42,960 bases of DNA from the NCBI GenBank assembly GCA_947628025.1, contig CANQYH010000001.1, forward strand, positions 1 to 42,960. The letters are read 5' to 3'. This stretch comes from an uncultured Lachnospiraceae bacterium. GTDB taxonomy: Bacteria > Bacillota > Clostridia > Lachnospirales > Lachnospiraceae. The notes beneath the pieces are model-generated. The model saw nothing but the letters and a program-made list of their open reading frames with translations. It did no database searches and had not been told where the DNA came from. Made by a program: the position numbers and the translations under genes. Within the stretch, counting starts at the first letter, position 1. Each line of letters opens with the position of its first letter. Shown here piece after piece: positions 38,525-42,960 of this stretch.

Positions 38525-38918
38525 ACGCATCCAGATCGATGCCCCGGCAATGAAAGAGGTTCCTTTTGAAGACAGCTTTGCCATAGGTTACGGATAATCC
38601 GCTAAGCAGGAAACCGCGCATTAAAATTTCTTCCATGACCGGCGCGAGGATACAAACCTGAATGAAGCTAAGTACCGGCGCTTCCCTTAAGTGCCCGAGG
38701 GTCTCCTGATAGCGATCCTCGCTCCCCGGAAGCGTACCCTCAAAAACAGGATCTAAGAATTTATCCAGAAGAAAGTACATCGCCGCCGCACAGCCGATTG
38801 CCCCAAATATTCCCCCAAGGGAAAATCCATTGACAAGGTCAATTTGAAAATGAAATCTTGATTTTAACAGACATAGAAAGCCGCCCATGCAGAGAGCAAT
38901 GGGAAAAACATTCAGCAT
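38523..38918 (-). pseudogene. Internal fragment of a CPBP (Abi/CAAX) intramembrane protease
   Basis: Has CILAPVMEEILMRGFLL (EExxxR motif) but diverges after TYGKAV and lacks the FxxxH and HxxxN motifs. The N-terminus is also short and overlaps the upstream stop. Confidence 0.7.
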
Positions 38919-39229
38919 AAAACAGCAAACCCGATGACCAGTATGACCGACAGCGCAATGCGTATGATGTGATGCTGTATGTGAAATTGTTTGCTTTTTA
39001 TTCCATTCATGATCGCTGCGGCGCAAATGGCCGTACACCCAAGAAACGCAATGATGAAATCAAATGGTTGTCCGGCTATATTACAAACCACGGCGGCGAT
39101 CAACAGCAGGGAGCCGGTGATCATAATCAAAGCCGAAAGTGACTTCTTTTCACTTTTTATTTGGCTGACAGCCACTATCAACGACAGGCCGCCAAAAAGA
39201 GCACTTACAATACAGAGAATTACTTGCAT
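38912..39229 (-). CDS. Small four-TM hypothetical membrane protein
   Basis: GGAGGT RBS; 105 aa with four hydrophobic segments and FHIQHHIIR near the end. Confidence 0.75.
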   Translation of the reverse strand: MQVILCIVSALFGGLSLIVAVSQIKSEKKSLSALIMITGSLLLIAAVVCNIAGQPFDFIIAFLGCTAICAAAIMNGIKSKQFHIQHHIIRIALSVILVIGFAVLC

Positions 39230-39394
39230 TTTTACCTCCCGACTCCCGTTTGCCGATCCAAATAATCGTAAACGACAGGCTTCATCATTCTATACGGTTT
39301 GAAAACCTGACGATATTATATTCTATTTAAGGGACAGAATCAATATCTGCCGGTCAGTTTGCGGCGCATTTTACAAGCTCATGGCGCATAAACG

Positions 39395-40375
39395 CTAATC
39401 CTGTTGCCGGTCAATGAACAGATTGCAGAGGCACATCACGACGCCAAATAATATTCCGGCGATCGGCCAGACGACCCATGTGGTCTGCCAGGCGTTCGTC
39501 AGGAAACTCCATCCGAGATATATGGCGGTCGCGCTCAGCCAGTAGATCGTTCCGACATTTTCCTTGAGGCGGATCGTTTTTTGTTCTCGAAGCGCGTAGT
39601 CGCCCTCTTTCAGAAGCTTCTGCATACTTGACCAGCGAACGCCGGCTATGATAAAAAGCGCCGCTCCAGTGCCCGCCAGGAGTATGGTGACAGCCAGCAT
39701 GACGACGGTAAAAAATTCTTTCCCCGTAAAGCTGCCGGTGAAAAGCGGGATAGGAGCGAGAATGCACAGGCAAGTGGCTATGATATTGCATTTTACATAG
39801 GTGGTCCTGTACGCTTTCTGTCTTTCTTTCACCATTCCGTCCACGCCGTATTCCGTTTCAAACGGTTCCTTGTCGATGAACTCGAACGGCGCGCTTTTAA
39901 AACCGCAGAAAATGAAGAGGGCCACCGCAGGCGCGATGAGGATCAGCAGTATGACCAGCCCGATCCCCGCAGCTAAAGTTTCGGAAACAGGGGGATTGGG
40001 CAATTCCGTTGCAGCGCCTAAAAGGAGAAGTGGGATCACGGCGACGATACACAAAAAGGTAGCCGCGGCAATGCGATGGGCCGCCCATCTTCTCAACTCC
40101 AGAAATTCGTTTGCCTGTGCAAGAGAGAGCCGTTTTACCGGCACATGGTCTGTGTCGTCTGCAAATTCCTCGTCTTCGATCTCGTCTTTGAGGAGATAAT
40201 CGGTCGTGACCCCGAAGAGTTTGCTGAGCATCAGTATTTTTTCAAGGTCGGGTACGGTTTGCGCGCCTTCCCATTTGGAAACCGCCTGTCTTGATACCTG
40301 CATTTTCTCTGCAAGTTCTTCCTGTGACCAGCCGTTCTTTTTTCTTAAATTCGTTATCTTGTCCGCTAAGATCAT
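39395..40375 (-). CDS. XRE-family HTH regulator fused to a multi-pass membrane domain
   Basis: LRKKNGWSQEELAEKMQVSRQAVSKWEGAQTVPDLEKI..FGVTTDYLLK followed by about six TM segments; GGAGG RBS. Confidence 0.9.
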   Translation of the reverse strand: MILADKITNLRKKNGWSQEELAEKMQVSRQAVSKWEGAQTVPDLEKILMLSKLFGVTTDYLLKDEIEDEEFADDTDHVPVKRLSLAQANEFLELRRWAAHRIAAATFLCIVAVIPLLLLGAATELPNPPVSETLAAGIGLVILLILIAPAVALFIFCGFKSAPFEFIDKEPFETEYGVDGMVKERQKAYRTTYVKCNIIATCLCILAPIPLFTGSFTGKEFFTVVMLAVTILLAGTGAALFIIAGVRWSSMQKLLKEGDYALREQKTIRLKENVGTIYWLSATAIYLGWSFLTNAWQTTWVVWPIAGILFGVVMCLCNLFIDRQQD

Positions 40376-40574
40376 GTTTCTTTCCTCCGCCTGGGTTTGT
40401 CGGCGGTCTTTTATGCCGTCCGCAATGAAAATTATAGCTCATTTTGCGGTTGCATGCTACCGAACGATGACTGGAAATTTGTCAACCGGGGGGTGCGGAG
40501 CCTTGTTTTTATCAGTAGTGCCGGGAGCGCCGCCGGTCATTCGGTTATTTTACATAATTTTTCTGAAAATACGG

Positions 40575-40628
40575 TTGACACGGGAAGTCTAATATGTTAG
40601 ACTCATAATAAGTTTAACGCGTTAGACT
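40575..40628 (+). promoter_or_regulatory. sigma-A promoter overlapped by two palindromic BlaI/CopY-type operators
   Basis: TTGACA (40575-40580), 17-bp spacer, extended -10 TGtTAGACT (40595-40603). Operators AGTCTAA-tatg-TTAGACT (40586-40603) and AGTTTAA-cgcg-TTAGACT (40611-40628). Confidence 0.8.
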
Positions 40629-40775
40629 TAAATGACAGGCGGCCGCGATCATGAAACCGGTGCGGACCGGCCGCGTGTCAATGTTATCCAGAGGGAAGCG
40701 GCGGAAGCATTTGTCACGGTTCGCCGGAACCGGAGATCAGGCCGCTGCGAATTTATGAGTACAGGAGGAGATACC

Positions 40776-41126
40776 ATGGATACGCCGAAAGTATTTGAAA
40801 GCGAGTACCGTTTTTGTCTGATCTTGTGGAAACACGAGCCCATCAACAGCACAAAGCTGGCCGGGATCTGCAAGGAGGAACTGGGATGGAGCAGGACGAC
40901 CACGTTTACGGTGATCCGGCGGCTTTCGGACCGGGGCGTGGTCAAAAATGAAAATGCGACGGTCACGTCTTTGATCAGTAAAGAGGACGTTCAGGTCGCG
41001 CAGATGGACGAGATGATGGAAAAAGTTTTTGAAGGGTCGCTGCCGGCTTTTGTAGCGGCGTTTGCCCGGCGGCAGGAATTGTCCGAGGAAGAAGTGAAAG
41101 AGATTCTCCGAATCATTGAGAAATGA
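40776..41126 (+). CDS. BlaI/MecI/CopY-family transcriptional repressor
   Basis: ESEYRFCLILWKHEPI..WSRTTTFTVIRRLSDRGVV..FEGSLPAFVAAF..LSEEEVKEI; ATG 40776 after AGGAGG. Confidence 0.92.
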   Translation: MDTPKVFESEYRFCLILWKHEPINSTKLAGICKEELGWSRTTTFTVIRRLSDRGVVKNENATVTSLISKEDVQVAQMDEMMEKVFEGSLPAFVAAFARRQELSEEEVKEILRIIEK

Positions 41127-41223
41127 AGAAGCTGCCGCTGTTGTAAGCAGCCGGAGAGGCACGGTAAAATTTTGCATGATCGGAGGAAGATATTTTGCTT
41201 GGTGAAAGTGCAGGGGGATATTT

Positions 41224-42960
41224 ATGGAAGCTATATTTTTTAAATTAGTCAATCTTAGTTTTACTGCAAGCTGGCTGGTGTTGGCGGTAGTTGCGCTGCG
41301 TTTGGTTTTTCGGAAAGCGCCGAGGTGGATCTTCTGCTTTTTGTGGGGACTGGTGGCGCTGAGGCTGGTCTGTCCGGTATCCGTGGAGAGCCGGTGGAGC
41401 CTGGTTCCCAGCGCAGAACCGCTGCCGCGGAATATGATCTATACGGAAGCGCCCGCGATCCAAAGCAGCGTGAACGCGGCCGAACGCATGGCCGATCCGG
41501 CCCTGGCGGATTCGCTGGTTTCTGCGCCCGGGGCGAGCGTGAATCCGGCGCAGGTCTGGCCGTTCTTCCTGTCCAGGATATGGGCGGCGGGAGCGGCGGC
41601 CATGCTGATCTACGCATTTGTAAGTTTTCTGCTTCTCAGGCACCGCGTGGCGACGGCGACGCTGCTGCGGGGTAATATCCGGCAGAGCGAGCATGTGGAT
41701 TCGCCGTTTGTGCTGGGGATTTTCCGGCCGGTGATCTATTTGCCGTACGACCTGGCGGACGCGGACCGGGAATATGCGATCGCTCATGAGCAGGCTCACA
41801 TCCGCCGGAAAGATCACTGGTGGAAGCCAGCCGGGTTCGCGCTGTTGTCCGTATACTGGTTCAATCCTTTGCTGTGGGTCGCGTACGTGCTGCTGTGCAG
41901 GGACATCGAGGCTGCCTGCGATGAAAAGGTGATCTGCGGGATGGAAGCGGAGGGCCGCCGGGCATATTCGGCAGCGCTGCTCCACTGCAGCGTCCGCCGC
42001 CGGGCCATCACCGCGTGCCCGCTGGCGTTTGGGGAAACGGGAGTAAAGGGGCGTATTAAGAACGTGATGAATTACAAAAAGCCGGCGTTCTGGGTCGTAG
42101 TGCTGGCGCTGGCGGCGGCCGGGATCGCGGCGGTCTGCCTGCTGACAGTGCCGGAGCGGGATACTTTTGAACTCCGGATCGATGTTCCGGCGGGCAGTCA
42201 GAAGACGTACGTGTATGCGGCCGAGGAGATCTCTCCGACCCGGTCCAAGATCGTCGTCACGTCCGGAGAAAATCTGGGCGACACGGAGGTGGTCCTGGAA
42301 CCGGTGGAAGCGGCGCAGGGAAATGGCCGCGCGCCTGTCTATCTGACACCCGGAATGTCCGCGGAGCTGGAGGCAGAACAGGGCGGATGGTACCGGCTCG
42401 GCGTAAACGTGCAGAATCCGACCGGGGAAGACAAAGTGGTGACGCTCAAAGTCAGACATGTAGAGGTTCGTATCGCATCACAGAAGACCGCGCTGGCGGC
42501 ATCTGAGTGGTTCGATTATCTTGGCTCATATCCGGATGTGGAGACAGCCATTACGACGGAGCTGCCGGAGTTCCCCGGCATGACGTTCCGCTATGACGGG
42601 GGCGAGATCGTTGCCGAGAGAGAAAATGAAGTGCCGCTGCTGCTGGCGAAAGGAATGCCCATCTGGAACGCCTATTTCTGCGACATAAACGGCGACGGCG
42701 CGCCGGAGCTCTGCACCACGGTCAGCTTCGGTTCCGGGATCATCGACAACCATATCGTCTGCATGGATATTAAGAACGGGCCGGATTATACGTTATGGGC
42801 CCGGGGCGCTTATGATTATACGCTGCGCCTGAATGAGAACGGTCAGCTCTGGGCGGATCAGCGGGCGTATAACAGCGATACGCTGATCGCCACAGGTCCT
42901 CTGACGTTCGAGGACGGCGTTCTGCGGATCGGCGGCGGGCAGGGGGCGGCTTCCCTGACG
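41224..42960 (+). CDS. BlaR1-like M56-family metallopeptidase sensor; runs off the window end
   Basis: Translated by hand (absent from the ORF track because no stop is in the window): MEAIFFKLVNLSFTASWLVLAVVALR..SPFVLGIFRPVIYLP..AHEQAHIRRKDHWWK..WFNPLLW..DIEAACDEKV..LAFGETGVKGRIKNV. HExxH zinc motif; follows the blaI-like gene. Confidence 0.92.
   Translation, partial: MEAIFFKLVNLSFTASWLVLAVVALRLVFRKAPRWIFCFLWGLVALRLVCPVSVESRWSLVPSAEPLPRNMIYTEAPAIQSSVNAAERMADPALADSLVSAPGASVNPAQVWPFFLSRIWAAGAAAMLIYAFVSFLLLRHRVATATLLRGNIRQSEHVDSPFVLGIFRPVIYLPYDLADADREYAIAHEQAHIRRKDHWWKPAGFALLSVYWFNPLLWVAYVLLCRDIEAACDEKVICGMEAEGRRAYSAALLHCSVRRRAITACPLAFGETGVKGRIKNVMNYKKPAFWVVVLALAAAGIAAVCLLTVPERDTFELRIDVPAGSQKTYVYAAEEISPTRSKIVVTSGENLGDTEVVLEPVEAAQGNGRAPVYLTPGMSAELEAEQGGWYRLGVNVQNPTGEDKVVTLKVRHVEVRIASQKTALAASEWFDYLGSYPDVETAITTELPEFPGMTFRYDGGEIVAERENEVPLLLAKGMPIWNAYFCDINGDGAPELCTTVSFGSGIIDNHIVCMDIKNGPDYTLWARGAYDYTLRLNENGQLWADQRAYNSDTLIATGPLTFEDGVLRIGGGQGAASLT

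Noticed and set aside
40480-40580. 9-bp inverted repeat TGTCAACCG / CGGTTGACA as transposon or invertible-element ends
   Set aside because: Short, coincides with a -35 hexamer, and there is no recombinase or target duplication nearby.
1-42960. CRISPR arrays, tRNA/rRNA genes, IS transposases, integrases
   Set aside because: None recognised on either strand by eye. Short or degenerate elements could have been missed without computational scans.

Overview
Firmicute (Lachnospiraceae-like Clostridia) chromosomal window in three parts. (1) 1-16073 is GC-rich housekeeping DNA: the end of a cell-wall-binding-repeat protein, a preQ1-I riboswitch with queT, murC, a DnaA-box cluster before dnaD and a dnaC/dnaI-like loader, prs, a mutS2/response regulator/histidine kinase operon, a triad-less HtrA-like protein, yhaM and rlmD. 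(2) About 16250-38450 is a visibly AT-richer defence island just downstream of rlmD, with no integrase in view. It carries a frameshifted XRE regulator, an intact DNA phosphorothioation module (dndC-dndD-dndE-dndA, no dndB) and an Mrr remnant. A tightly coupled seven-gene effector operon follows: NERD-UvrD helicase, AddB-like Fe-S protein, then SNF2 helicase, RecQ-like helicase, small protein, P-loop ATPase and helical protein matching the order and motifs of DpdE-F-G-H-I from the 7-deazaguanine (dpd) system. No dndFGH, pbe, dpdABC or dpdJK genes are seen. The main candidate for an undescribed system is this hybrid: a phosphorothioate mark paired with a Dpd-type restriction module and an AddAB-like helicase-nuclease. 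(3) 38500-42960 holds accessory genes: a CPBP fragment, a membrane protein, an XRE-membrane protein and a BlaI/BlaR1-like pair with twin palindromic operators. All family calls come from motif recognition by eye, not database searches.
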